From positions 1,454 through 65,453 of the forward strand of contig JAUSGH010000019.1 of the NCBI GenBank assembly GCA_030649055.1: a DNA stretch of 64,000 nt, read 5' to 3'. Within the stretch, counting starts at the first letter, position 1. Each line of letters opens with the position of its first letter. Positions 46,661-56,141 of this stretch are shown here, in pieces. This DNA is from a bacterium (GTDB lineage: Bacteria; Patescibacteriota; Minisyncoccia; UBA6257; JAUSGH01). The notes under the pieces were generated by a model, which had not been told where the DNA came from, made no database searches, and saw nothing but the letters and a program-made list of their open reading frames with translations. The position numbers and the translations under genes were made by a program.

Positions 46661-46704
46661 TTAATAACATTCCGACATTCTCAAGAATGTCGGAATGTTA
46701 TTAA
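46661..46704. repeat. palindromic element copy A (TTAATAACATTCCGACATTCTCAAGAATGTCGGAATGTTATTAA)
   Basis: Perfect palindrome. Embeds the TAA stop of the helicase gene. Confidence 0.85.
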
Positions 46705-48431
46705 TCGTCTTTGAAAAGTATGCGGGCGAAGCGGAGGTCGTCGAAGGAATATTTTTCCCGGAAATGTTGAAACACCGGCGTCAATTTTTCGTGTCCGATG
46801 GTGTGAAACGCGGCGTGGATTTCCGGCAGGGCGTTTTTTAATTCCGTGGATATAAATGTGGCGAGTTCTGCTTGCGTCACGGCGCCTTTTTTATAGAGAT
46901 CGGTAATGTGCGCGCAGACCGTTCCCGGCGTGAGGTTCCGGATTGCGGCAACTTCGGCGATTGTTTTTCCGCTTTGAAGCAGCGCATGCGTCATGGCAAT
47001 CGTCGGTTGTTTTGCCCCGCCCCGAGCCCCGTTTGTTTCCATGTTTTTTTGTTTCATTGTTTCATTGCTCGCTGTATTGCCTCCGCACGCGAGAATAAAA
47101 TCCCTATGCGCCGCCGCGGCGGTTTCCGCGGACGTGGCGCTCTGTGCGTGTGCCGCCACAACCGATGCGCCGCGGAATGCTTCGTCTTTCACGAGTATCT
47201 CCGGATGCACCTGAAACGCGCGTTCATTCCAGCCCAAAAGATGCAGTCCCGAAAGTTGCCGCACGCGGGAGAGTGCCACATACCCCTGGCCGAATTCAAA
47301 CACATTCCGTAAATCCATCACCGCTTCGTCCAAACTCATTCCTTGGCTTTTATGCACGGTGATTGCCCAGGCGAGGCGCAACGGAATTTGTTTGATGCGC
47401 GCGAGCGGCCGGTCGTTTTCCTCTATCATCCACTCCACCGGCTCAACTTCAATGCGTTCCCTTCGGCGTGTTTCCACTATCGGGTAACCGTCATGCGCGC
47501 TAAAACCCACCACTACTCCCAGCGTGCCGTTCACATAACCCTCCTTCTGATTATTCTTTGTGAACATCACCGCCGCGTTGATTTTCAAGAATAGCGTTTC
47601 CGGCGAAAGGCAGTTTTTGATGAGTGTAGCCGCGAGCTTCGGCGCTCCCTGTGAGGTCATCAAAAATGAATTTTCGTGACCCGGGAGGCGCTTGAGCATC
47701 TCCGCATTGATGCGGTCTACGTCGGCATTATGCGTGAAAAGTTTCGGCGCGTTTTTCGGCGCGGTCGCCAGTGAAGTCATTCTTTTTGCGATGTGCGCGA
47801 GGTGCGTTTCGTTAAATATGTTTTGCCTGATGGCGGAAAGCACGCCGAGGAATTCCGGGTCATCCTGCCGGTGCTGTTCCTCGAGGTAGCACACCGTGAG
47901 GTTGGCGTCTCCCCAAGCGGTTGAGTCATACGCGAACACCGGCGGGTTGTCGTCGGCAAATGATGCTTGCCCGGCTTCTGCTTCCCGCCGCTTCACAATC
48001 GGAGGAAGCTGGAAAAAGTCGCCCACCAGCACCACTGGCAACCCGCCGAACGGTTCTGTTTTTGATAAAACTTCCCTACATGCGGCGTCTACCATCGTCA
48101 ACGTGTTTGCGGAAAGCATGGACACCTCGTCAATAATCAGCACCTTCGCGCGGCGCATGCGTTTCACCACGCGCTCATTTGCGGCTATCATGCGCAGGTC
48201 ATATTTTGTGAGCGCTTCTTTGATGCCAATGCCGCTCCACGCGTGGATGGTCATGCCGCCGATGTGCGTCGCGGCTATACCCGTTGAAGCGGTGATTGCC
48301 GGCTCAATATCGTGCTCGTGCAGCCAGCGTACATAGTGATTCACCGTGTGCGTTTTCCCGCTGCCCGGCTCGCCGGTCAAAAATACATTCGCTCCGGTCT
48401 TCAATATTGTGAGCGCCTCCTCTTGTGTCAT
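46701..48431 (-). CDS. PIF1/RecD-family ATP-dependent DNA helicase with C-terminal HTH domain
   Basis: Walker A GEPGSGKT, AAA_30-type core, LVGDFFQLPP, C-terminal helix-hairpin region. Confidence 0.7.
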   Translation of the reverse strand: MTQEEALTILKTGANVFLTGEPGSGKTHTVNHYVRWLHEHDIEPAITASTGIAATHIGGMTIHAWSGIGIKEALTKYDLRMIAANERVVKRMRRAKVLIIDEVSMLSANTLTMVDAACREVLSKTEPFGGLPVVLVGDFFQLPPIVKRREAEAGQASFADDNPPVFAYDSTAWGDANLTVCYLEEQHRQDDPEFLGVLSAIRQNIFNETHLAHIAKRMTSLATAPKNAPKLFTHNADVDRINAEMLKRLPGHENSFLMTSQGAPKLAATLIKNCLSPETLFLKINAAVMFTKNNQKEGYVNGTLGVVVGFSAHDGYPIVETRRRERIEVEPVEWMIEENDRPLARIKQIPLRLAWAITVHKSQGMSLDEAVMDLRNVFEFGQGYVALSRVRQLSGLHLLGWNERAFQVHPEILVKDEAFRGASVVAAHAQSATSAETAAAAHRDFILACGGNTASNETMKQKNMETNGARGGAKQPTIAMTHALLQSGKTIAEVAAIRNLTPGTVCAHITDLYKKGAVTQAELATFISTELKNALPEIHAAFHTIGHEKLTPVFQHFREKYSFDDLRFARILFKDD

Positions 48432-48515
48432 GCACCAAGTGTAGCAGAATTTTCTTCGTCATTGCGAGGCGGTGCACAAATTGGAGATTAGCGAACGGTG
48501 TAGTAAAATTAAAAT

Positions 48516-48725
48516 ATGGCTCAGCAAGGAATGTTTAATGCCGCACTCGCCCTTCTTCTTTTCTTGATTTATTTTTTGCCGACCATTATTGCCGGCTTCA
48601 GTGGGAAGCGGAATGGCTGGGCGATTTTTGCATTAAACTTTTTTCTCGGGTTTACATTTATCGGCTGGATTATTGCGCTGGTGTGGGCATTAACAAAAGA
48701 TAGCGTCCAAGTGGAGATAAAATAG
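48516..48725 (+). CDS. superinfection-immunity-like small membrane protein (Imm_superinfect family pattern)
   Basis: YFLPTIIAGFSGKRNGWAIFALNFFLGFTFIGWIIALVWAL. Confidence 0.55.
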   Translation: MAQQGMFNAALALLLFLIYFLPTIIAGFSGKRNGWAIFALNFFLGFTFIGWIIALVWALTKDSVQVEIK

Positions 48726-48734
48726 AGTTAGTGT

Positions 48735-49241
48735 ATGACCCTCGGCAACATATTCAAGCTCATCATTTCCATTGTCGTCTCCGAACTCGCCGGCGTGATC
48801 GGCGCGTTATATACGACTCCGGCGATACAATCCGGTTGGTATGCCGGCCTTATCAAACCCGCCATCAACCCTCCGGCGTGGGTGTTCGGTCCCGCGTGGA
48901 CAACCCTCTACGCGCTGATGGGTATTTCGCTTTTCCTCATCTGGAAAGAACATTCTAGCATTCTGCAGAATGTTAGAATGTTCCGAATATGGAAAATCGG
49001 CGTCGCGGTATTTTTTATTCAACTTGCGCTTAACACTCTCTGGTCAGTTATCTTTTTCCGTCTTCATTTACTTGGTGGAGCGTTTATTGAAATCATCTTC
49101 CTCTGGCTCGCTATTCTTGTCACTATCATCGCGTTCGCCAAAATTTCCCGCCCCGCGGCATACTTGCTTTTACCCTATATCCTTTGGGTAGCTTTCGCGG
49201 CGTACTTGAACTACAGTATTTGGGCGTTGAATGTGCTTTAA
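48735..49241 (+). CDS. tspO: TspO/MBR (tryptophan-rich sensory protein) family
   Basis: WYAGLIKPAINPPAWVFGPAWTTLYALMG signature, 5 TM. Confidence 0.8.
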   Translation: MTLGNIFKLIISIVVSELAGVIGALYTTPAIQSGWYAGLIKPAINPPAWVFGPAWTTLYALMGISLFLIWKEHSSILQNVRMFRIWKIGVAVFFIQLALNTLWSVIFFRLHLLGGAFIEIIFLWLAILVTIIAFAKISRPAAYLLLPYILWVAFAAYLNYSIWALNVL

Positions 49242-49246
49242 CGACT

Positions 49247-49288
49247 AAATAACATTCCGACATTCTCAAGAATGTCGGAATGTTATTT
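49247..49288. repeat. palindromic element copy B (AAATAACATTCCGACATTCTCAAGAATGTCGGAATGTTATTT)
   Basis: Perfect palindrome immediately after the tspO stop. Confidence 0.85.
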
Positions 49289-49308
49289 TATAGATTTACG
49301 GGTGTATA

Positions 49309-49968
49309 ATGAAATTAATGAATATATTATTTCAAGATTTTTTCGCTAATCTTTCCGGCGTGTTTCGCGGGCGGAACTTGTATTGGCACTTGCTCGCCGT
49401 TCTGTTGACGCTCGGGCTGGTTCTTTCCGGATTTGATTGGTATTACGCGACTATAACCCGTGGCGGCGTTGTCGCAAAAATTTTATTCCCCGCAGTTTTT
49501 TTCGGCGGTCTTTTGCCGATTATTTTGCCGCTCGTTATCGTGACGCTCGGGGCGGTGAAGCGGAGCGCTTATACCATCCGTGCCGGCTGGGCGACGGGGC
49601 AAGCGGCCATCGTCGGATTACTTGCTTCATTTTTCTATAAAGCACTCACGGGCAGGGCGCATCCGGAATTGATATCGGCGGCGCTTGGCGACATTTCGCG
49701 CGTGTTCCATTTCGGATTTTTACGTGGCGGAGTATTTTGGGGCTGGCCATCTTCGCACACTACCGTTGCCTTTGCCGTCGCGGCGGCGCTTGCGACGCTG
49801 TATCCGAAAAATACATACGTCGTATATCTCGGATTTTTGTATGCGCTGTACGTCGGATTTGGCGTTTCTATGAGCATCCACTGGTTTTCGGATGCCGTCG
49901 CCGGCGCTATTATCGGCATCGTTGCCGGGGTAACCATCGGCAAAAGTTTTCTTAATCCGAAAATATAA
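49309..49968 (+). CDS. PAP2-family phosphatase (undecaprenyl-diphosphatase/phosphatidate phosphatase-like)
   Basis: KALTGRAHP, PSSHT, SIHWFSDAVAG motifs (KxxxxxxRP, PSGH, SRxxxxxHxxxD). Confidence 0.75.
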   Translation: MKLMNILFQDFFANLSGVFRGRNLYWHLLAVLLTLGLVLSGFDWYYATITRGGVVAKILFPAVFFGGLLPIILPLVIVTLGAVKRSAYTIRAGWATGQAAIVGLLASFFYKALTGRAHPELISAALGDISRVFHFGFLRGGVFWGWPSSHTTVAFAVAAALATLYPKNTYVVYLGFLYALYVGFGVSMSIHWFSDAVAGAIIGIVAGVTIGKSFLNPKI

Positions 49969-50002
49969 CATTCCGATATTCTTGAGAATGTCGGAATGTT
50001 AT
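49965..50002. repeat. palindromic element copy C (ATAACATTCCGATATTCTTGAGAATGTCGGAATGTTAT, inverted loop orientation)
   Basis: Embeds the TAA stop of the PAP2 gene. One arm mismatch (GATATT vs GACATT). Confidence 0.8.
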
Positions 50003-50016
50003 GGTACGCTGGAACG

Positions 50017-50286
50017 ATGAAAAATTCAAAACAGCTTGAGCGGCACTTCAAGGGTGCGGCGAATCATTCGCGTATCGATATTTTGTTTTTGATTTCCGGA
50101 AACCCCGATATTACCGTGGAGGGAATTGCTGAAGGGACGCACAAAAATTTTAAAACGGTTTCCGAGCACACTAAGCGGCTGGTTCACGCCGGCCTTGTGA
50201 ATAAAAGCTATCGCGGCCGGAACGTGCTTCATGCCCTTTCGCCGTACGGAATAAAGTTTGTTCACTTCATAAAAACGTTCATTTAA
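50017..50286 (+). CDS. ArsR/SmtB-family HTH transcriptional regulator
   Basis: ORF 49996..50286, likely start MKNSKQL. Includes HSRIDILFLI...DITVEGIAEGTHKNFKTVSEHTKRLVHAGLVNKSYRGRNVLHAL. Confidence 0.7.
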   Translation: MKNSKQLERHFKGAANHSRIDILFLISGNPDITVEGIAEGTHKNFKTVSEHTKRLVHAGLVNKSYRGRNVLHALSPYGIKFVHFIKTFI

Positions 50287-50321
50287 CATTCCAACATTCT
50301 TGAGAATGTTGGAATGTTAAA
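50282..50321. repeat. palindromic element copy D (TTTAACATTCCAACATTCTTGAGAATGTTGGAATGTTAAA)
   Basis: Perfect palindrome with a compensated arm variant (CCAACA/TGTTGG). Embeds the TAA stop of the ArsR gene. Confidence 0.85.
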
Positions 50322-50337
50322 TACGGATTTTAAAATT

Positions 50338-50841
50338 ATGCAAATACCCAGACGAAAATCTGATTTATTACGGAAGCGGGACAGCGGACCGGTGTATTTG
50401 ACTGCGGAGGGACTGGCCGCGATGCGGGAGGAGTTGGCGCACTTGAAACAAGTGTTACCGGCACGCATCGCCGAGACGGCGCGGACTGCGGCGTATGGCG
50501 ACCGGTCGGACAATGCCGAATACAAAGAAGCGAAAGGGACGCTGCGCCGCACGCACTGGCAGATCTTAAACATTGAGGAGCAGCTAAAACGCGTTGAAGT
50601 TATTTCTTCGGGTGTGAATGCCTCCGGCACTGTGCAGCTTGGTTCTACGGCGGTGCTTGAGCACAACGGAACGCAAACAACATTTCATATCGTCGGACCG
50701 CTCGAAACCGATCCTGACGCGGGACGCATTTCTCATTTGTCGCCGCTTGGGAGCGCGCTCATTAATCATGCCAAGGGCGAAATCGTTACCATCCAAACGC
50801 GCGGCGGAGCGCAGACATATCGCATCGCAGAAATCCGATGA
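50338..50841 (+). CDS. greA: transcription elongation factor GreA
   Basis: ORF from 50314, likely start MQIPRRK. Includes LTAEGLAAMREELAHLK, DRSDNAEYKEAK and a C-terminal FKBP-like domain. Confidence 0.8.
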   Translation: MQIPRRKSDLLRKRDSGPVYLTAEGLAAMREELAHLKQVLPARIAETARTAAYGDRSDNAEYKEAKGTLRRTHWQILNIEEQLKRVEVISSGVNASGTVQLGSTAVLEHNGTQTTFHIVGPLETDPDAGRISHLSPLGSALINHAKGEIVTIQTRGGAQTYRIAEIR

Positions 50842-52100
50842 TATACGATGTTGTGATTATAGGAGGAGGGCCCGCGGGGATGATGGCGGCGGGAAGGGCG
50901 GCGGAGCGCGGCCGTTCGGTGTTGTTGTTGGAAAAAAATTCGGGATTGGGCAAAAAGCTGCTTATCACCGGCGGCGGCAGGTGCAACGTGACGAATAATA
51001 AACAGCAGGTTCGCGAGATGCTCCTTCAGTACAACGGAAGCGACCAATTTCTTTTTTCCGCGTTCGCGCAGTTTAGCGTCAAGGACGCGCTGGAGTTTTT
51101 TAATGCACGAGGCGTTGCAACAAAAGAGGAGAATGAAGGAAGAATGTTTCCGGTATCGGATAGCGCAAAGTCGGTTTGGGACGCGCTGGTGCAATACATG
51201 AAGGAAGTCGGCGTGAATATTCAGGTGGGCGTCGCGGTTACCGGTCTAACGGTTGATAAGGCAACCGGACACGTGATTGTTAAAACTAAAACCGGAGCGC
51301 CTATTGCCGCAAAATCGTGCGTGGTAGCGACTGGTGGCGTTTCGCGACCCGAGACCGGGTCAACCGGTGAGGGATTCCGGTGGCTGCAAAAATTGGGGCA
51401 CAAGATTCTTCCGAATGATCAGGCACTTGTTCCGGTGGCGCTTACTGACCTGTGGGCAAAAAAACTCGGCGGCGTGACGCTGAAGGACATCAAGCTTACG
51501 GCGTTTCAGGGCGGATCGCCCCAGGCAAAAGCAAACGGCAAACTGCTGTTCACGCACTTTGGCGTTAGCGGTCCGACGGTGTTAAATATGAGCAAAGAAA
51601 TAGGCGAGCTTCTGAAATACGCCGAAGGTCCCGAGGTATCCCGAGGGAGCGCGGTGACGATTGAGATTGATTTGTTTCCGAAGACGAATCTTGGCGCGCT
51701 CCGTAAGCAGCTGCAGGCGCTGTTGGTCGGCGAGAGTAACAAAAAACTTAAAAACATATTGAGCAAGCTGATTCCTTCGGCGCTTGTTGCGGCGCTTTTG
51801 GAGATCGCGAAGATCAACGGCGAAACAGCAAGTCACAGCGTGAGTACAGAGGAACGAAAAAACTTGGTTGCGCTAATGAAAGCGACTCCGCTCCATGTTT
51901 CGGGCTTGCTCGGCGCGGACAAGGCGATTGTTTCTTCCGGCGGCGTGGCACTGCAAGAGGTGAACTTCAAGACCATGCAATCGCGCCTTATCCCTAATCT
52001 GTATCTTGTTGGTGACGTGCTGAACGTTGACCGGCCGTCGGGAGGATATAGTCTGCAGCTTTGTTGGACAACGGGGTATGTCGCGGGGAACAGTTGTTAG
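50838..52100 (+). CDS. FAD-dependent oxidoreductase, BaiN/HI0933 family
   Basis: MIYDVVIIGGGPAGMMAAGRAA dinucleotide fold and GGGRCNVTN box. Confidence 0.75.
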   Translation: MIYDVVIIGGGPAGMMAAGRAAERGRSVLLLEKNSGLGKKLLITGGGRCNVTNNKQQVREMLLQYNGSDQFLFSAFAQFSVKDALEFFNARGVATKEENEGRMFPVSDSAKSVWDALVQYMKEVGVNIQVGVAVTGLTVDKATGHVIVKTKTGAPIAAKSCVVATGGVSRPETGSTGEGFRWLQKLGHKILPNDQALVPVALTDLWAKKLGGVTLKDIKLTAFQGGSPQAKANGKLLFTHFGVSGPTVLNMSKEIGELLKYAEGPEVSRGSAVTIEIDLFPKTNLGALRKQLQALLVGESNKKLKNILSKLIPSALVAALLEIAKINGETASHSVSTEERKNLVALMKATPLHVSGLLGADKAIVSSGGVALQEVNFKTMQSRLIPNLYLVGDVLNVDRPSGGYSLQLCWTTGYVAGNSC

Positions 52101-52132
52101 CGGGATTTTTCCCGCGGCGCGTGATATATTAG

Positions 52133-52474
52133 ATGTACGGAGTTCATTTTATGTTTATCAAAAAATATATCGCGTACGCGAAGGACAATCCCTATGGTTA
52201 TTGGTTCAAAGCAAAGCCATACGGCTGGGGCTGGACTCCGGTGCGGTGGCAGGGGTGGCTGACACTGCTGGTGTTTATCGGGCTTATGGTGTTGAACTTT
52301 TTTCGCATTGACGCGCAGTCGTACTCCGTAAGCGACACCGTGCGACCGTTTGTTATCCAGAACGTTATTTTGGTTATCATTTTGCTCGCGGTTTGCTGGA
52401 AGACCGGTGAACGGCCGCGTTGGATGTGGGGTCTGCCGGATCCGAATGAAAGTAAAAAAATGGACGGCGCATAA
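52133..52474 (+). CDS. hypothetical membrane protein
   Basis: 113 aa, 2 TM. Confidence 0.35.
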   Translation: MYGVHFMFIKKYIAYAKDNPYGYWFKAKPYGWGWTPVRWQGWLTLLVFIGLMVLNFFRIDAQSYSVSDTVRPFVIQNVILVIILLAVCWKTGERPRWMWGLPDPNESKKMDGA

Positions 52475-52492
52475 GAGTATAATGAAATTATT

Positions 52493-52888
52493 ATGAAAGG
52501 ATTTGTCGCAAACATCGAAAAACTTTCGCTCGAGAACGACTATTTTCGGAAGGTGCTGTATACCGCGGAACACAGCCAGCTTGTGGTGATGAGTTTGAAT
52601 CCGGGAGAGGAAATCGGCGCGGAGGTGCACCATCTTGATCAGTTTATTCGCGTGGAAGCGGGGACCGGCAAGGCAATTTTAGATGGCGCGGAGCATGCGT
52701 TGAGCGATGGGGTTGTCGTGATTGTCCCTTCCGGGGCAAGACACAATATTGTGAATACGTCCGTCGACAAGCCGATGAAATTATATACGCTGTACGCTCC
52801 GCCGAACCATCGCGACGGAGTGATTCACCGCACGAAAGCAGACGCGGAGAAAGACGAGGAAGCGTTTGACGGAAAAACAAGCGAATAA
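52493..52888 (+). CDS. cupin-domain protein
   Basis: SLNPGEEIGAEVHHLDQFIRVEAGTGKAILDG...VIVPSGARHN cupin motifs. Confidence 0.65.
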   Translation: MKGFVANIEKLSLENDYFRKVLYTAEHSQLVVMSLNPGEEIGAEVHHLDQFIRVEAGTGKAILDGAEHALSDGVVVIVPSGARHNIVNTSVDKPMKLYTLYAPPNHRDGVIHRTKADAEKDEEAFDGKTSE

Positions 52889-52898
52889 CCACCACCAC

Positions 52899-53333
52899 AT
52901 GGAACCAATAACAAAAACGGAAGTGCTGAAATTCCTGCGCGCGCATCCCGAGTGCGTACTGGCGACGGTTTCGCCCGAGGGAAAACCGGAAGCGGCCACC
53001 GTGCTTTTCGCGGTTGATGACGACTTTGTGTTTTATTTTGGCACGTTCGAGAAATATCGGAAGTATCAGAACTTGGCAAAAAATAAACAGGCGGCGATTG
53101 TGGTCGGTGCAACGGTTAAAGAGCCGAAGAGCGCGCAAATTGAAGGCGTGATGGAGCCGATTGAACATGAAGCGGATATCACGAAGACGAAGATATTTTT
53201 CGCGGAACAGAATCCCGCGATGAAACCGTTTTTTGCATCACCTCTTAAGTTTTTTAAGTTACACCCCGCATGGTTGCGGTTTCTTGACGAAACAAAAAGC
53301 GAGGCGGAAAATTTTCAGCAGATTATTCCGTAA
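52899..53333 (+). CDS. pyridoxamine 5'-phosphate oxidase-like FMN-binding protein
   Basis: ORF 52866..53333 trimmed to MEPITKTEV. Includes VLATVSPEGKPEAATVLFAVDDDFVFYFGTFEKYRKYQNL. Confidence 0.6.
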   Translation: MEPITKTEVLKFLRAHPECVLATVSPEGKPEAATVLFAVDDDFVFYFGTFEKYRKYQNLAKNKQAAIVVGATVKEPKSAQIEGVMEPIEHEADITKTKIFFAEQNPAMKPFFASPLKFFKLHPAWLRFLDETKSEAENFQQIIP

Positions 53334-53409
53334 TACGATATTGTTAAAGACTTAATTATAGAAAGTTGAGCTGTTTCCGTTCGCGTTGCCGGTGACGAAT
53401 CAAGCGTAC

Positions 53410-55335
53410 TTACATCGCTTCGCCGCCCATATCTTTAATTCGCTGTATGAGACGGTTGAATAGCGCATTGAGCGCGTCAAAAATGCGTTGTTGCGCGACG
53501 TTGATTTGTCCGGCGTGGATTGACGGGTTTTTTGTAGTTAACAGATACACATCGAGCGGTATCGTTACCGTCGCTCCTTCTTCCCCGGCGGCGTTCACGG
53601 GAGTCATGCGTATGGTATAGCGTCGTGGGTCAAGCAATAGCTTGATCGTCTGGGATCGGTTCACGCTTTGCTTGAACATGAGGTTGCCGTCCGCGTCATA
53701 CACCTTCACTAACACCAGGCTTTTCCCGGAGGTGATGTATGAAAAATTATTGAATGACGGGATACGCAGGGTAACAACAAATTGATCTTTTATGCGCCCC
53801 AACTGCTCAATGTTAACCTCGCTTGCCGCAAACGCGGCGGGAGTCCAGATGCGCGATTCCACGCAAAACTCCGCGTTGTTTTGGTGCGTATAGCAAAGCT
53901 GTACGGGAAGTTCCGCGTTTGAAGGCCAGGGAAAACGAAAAGTGGTCAGCTCTTTATTGCGCTCGACGGCGAAGGGAATGTGGCGATGATTTTCGCTTTG
54001 ATGAAGGGTAAACCGTTCAAGCTCGGCATCTTCTGGCGATTTGAATTGAAGAATCGCATCGCAAGAAGTGGACGTGCAATGTTCGGCGCGCAGCGCAAGA
54101 TCGCGTGGGATATATGCGCGGGAGGCATACCGCGCCGCGAAACCTCCTTGCAGGCGTCGCACAAATCCTGAAAGACCAGCGCCACCGGAATTAGTAGAAG
54201 CGGCGGCGACTGTGGTGTTCAGAAAAATTGAGACGGTATTGTCGGAATAATTCGCAACCGCAAGATCTAACTTGTTGTCGCCGCTAAAATCGGCGGCGCG
54301 GACGAATGTCGCCGTTGTTCCCGCGGCAATGCTTGTTGCCGCGCCAAAGGTGCCGTTTCCCGCGCCAATAAGCACGGAAACGTTGTTGGAGGTGTTATTC
54401 GCAGTTGCGAGATCCGCATTTCCATCACCGTCAAGATCTGCGGAAGTTATTGACCACGGATTTGTCCCGACGGTGTAATTTGTCGCCGAACCAAATGAAC
54501 CGTCACCAACGCCGAGAAGCACGGAAACATTGTTGTCAAAATAATTCGCGGCGGCAAGGTCTTGGTCGCCGTCTCCGTCAAAATCTCCTGACGTAATAGA
54601 AACCGGATCGTCGCCGACCGCTTTAGAGCTTACCGTAAAGCTTCCACTACCGTTGTTGAGACCGATAGAAATTGAATCACCGTCTCCGTTGACGTTGGCG
54701 AAGTCAATGTCGGTATCGCCGTCAAGATCAAGGGCGACGATAAAGGTAGGTGCGGCACCAACCGTAGCCGCTAAGCTAACCACGCCGAAAACACCGCTAC
54801 CGTTGTTTAAAAGAACGGTGACGGCATTATTGGCGTTCGTTACCAAGATATCTTTGCCGTTGGCGCCGTTGATATCTCCAAGCGCGAGCCCTGAAGGAAA
54901 GTCCGCTAACACGGCTCCATAATTAACCGCGTCGGCGAATAAACCCGCGCCATCACCGATGAGCACGGAGACAGTGATGACGCCACCGTTTGCCACCACA
55001 AGGTCTTGTTTGTTATCCCCGTTTAAATCTGCGGCGGCGATTGCGACCGGAGTGGAGCCGACCGTAAAGTTAGTTCTTGCGCCGAATGTTCCGTCGCCAA
55101 CACCTAAGAATACCGATATATTACTACTCCCGGCATTTACGATCGCGAGATCGTTTATTGCATCACCGTTAAAATCGGCGATAACCGTGTCTCGAGGATT
55201 GGTTCCGGGCGTGATGTTTGTCGCCGATCCGAATGTCGCGGCCGCCTCGGCACTCGCGACGGGCAGGAGTGCCGCAAGCGCGAGTAAAAATACAAAAAGA
55301 CTAAGGAGTTCAACGCGTTTAGTAAACCAATTCAT
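53410..55335 (-). CDS. secreted FG-GAP/VCBS-repeat (beta-propeller) protein
   Basis: Start MNWFTKRV with signal peptide. Multiple GDGTFGxxTNxxVGxxPxxIxxADLNGDxxxDL repeats. Confidence 0.65.
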   Translation of the reverse strand: MNWFTKRVELLSLFVFLLALAALLPVASAEAAATFGSATNITPGTNPRDTVIADFNGDAINDLAIVNAGSSNISVFLGVGDGTFGARTNFTVGSTPVAIAAADLNGDNKQDLVVANGGVITVSVLIGDGAGLFADAVNYGAVLADFPSGLALGDINGANGKDILVTNANNAVTVLLNNGSGVFGVVSLAATVGAAPTFIVALDLDGDTDIDFANVNGDGDSISIGLNNGSGSFTVSSKAVGDDPVSITSGDFDGDGDQDLAAANYFDNNVSVLLGVGDGSFGSATNYTVGTNPWSITSADLDGDGNADLATANNTSNNVSVLIGAGNGTFGAATSIAAGTTATFVRAADFSGDNKLDLAVANYSDNTVSIFLNTTVAAASTNSGGAGLSGFVRRLQGGFAARYASRAYIPRDLALRAEHCTSTSCDAILQFKSPEDAELERFTLHQSENHRHIPFAVERNKELTTFRFPWPSNAELPVQLCYTHQNNAEFCVESRIWTPAAFAASEVNIEQLGRIKDQFVVTLRIPSFNNFSYITSGKSLVLVKVYDADGNLMFKQSVNRSQTIKLLLDPRRYTIRMTPVNAAGEEGATVTIPLDVYLLTTKNPSIHAGQINVAQQRIFDALNALFNRLIQRIKDMGGEAM

Positions 55336-55418
55336 TTGTCGTGGGCATCGGATTTCTTTTAAGGAGGCAAATGCACTCATTATTTATAGTATAGCATGCG
55401 TGAAACGGTTTTTGTGAT

Positions 55419-56087
55419 ATGATGAATGGTATGAATTTCTTTGCCGAACATTATTACTTTTGGACGCCGCGCAATAAAAAATCGTTGTACGTGGGCGTGC
55501 TGCTTTTGGCGATGGCGATGCTTATCCAGGCGTACGCAGGGCAGTATTCGTATCACAAAGCGATTTCTGCCGCTGCCGCGGAGGATACGCTGCTGGATAT
55601 CTTGCCTGCCGTCAATTTGGGCTGGCTTATCGTGCAGGGGTCGCTCATTTCCATTCTTATCGCTATGTTTTTGCTTGTCCGCTACCCGTATCATTTTCTG
55701 TTCGGGCTCAAAGTGACCGCGCTTTTTATTGTTGTCCGCGCGGTGTTTATGACGCTGACGCAGATCGGTATTTATCCGGAGGGGGTTGATTTCAAGTTGA
55801 GCGTCGGTTCCGGTATTTACAACTTTTTTAATTTTCCCGGTAATTTCTTTTTTTCCGGGCATACCGGACTACCGTTTTTGATGGCGCTGGTGTTTTGGCA
55901 CGAACGGCCGCTCCGGGCATTTTTTCTTTGTTTGTCGCTGGTGTTCGGTGTCAGCGTGCTGCTCGCGCGAGTGCATTATTCCATTGATGTGTTTGCCGCG
56001 CCATTTATTGCGTACGGGATTTTTAAAATCGCGCAATGGCTGTTTAATGGAGACTATCTTATTTTGCTCAAGGATTACGAAGGGTAG
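55419..56087 (+). CDS. PAP2-superfamily membrane protein
   Basis: FFSGHTGLPFL and LARVHYSIDVFAA motifs. Confidence 0.5.
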   Translation: MMNGMNFFAEHYYFWTPRNKKSLYVGVLLLAMAMLIQAYAGQYSYHKAISAAAAEDTLLDILPAVNLGWLIVQGSLISILIAMFLLVRYPYHFLFGLKVTALFIVVRAVFMTLTQIGIYPEGVDFKLSVGSGIYNFFNFPGNFFFSGHTGLPFLMALVFWHERPLRAFFLCLSLVFGVSVLLARVHYSIDVFAAPFIAYGIFKIAQWLFNGDYLILLKDYEG

Positions 56088-56141
56088 TAGTGTTTTGCGC
56101 GCGTGCTATAATGGAAGCAGGCTTCTTTTTTAGCGAGGTGC

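Noticed and set aside
46107-46664. Overlapping ORFs in both strands in the GC-rich VanW-helicase spacer (46107..46664 +, 46145..46531 -)
   Set aside because: Mutually exclusive, no motifs. Only the 86-aa ORF with a clean signal peptide was kept, at low confidence.
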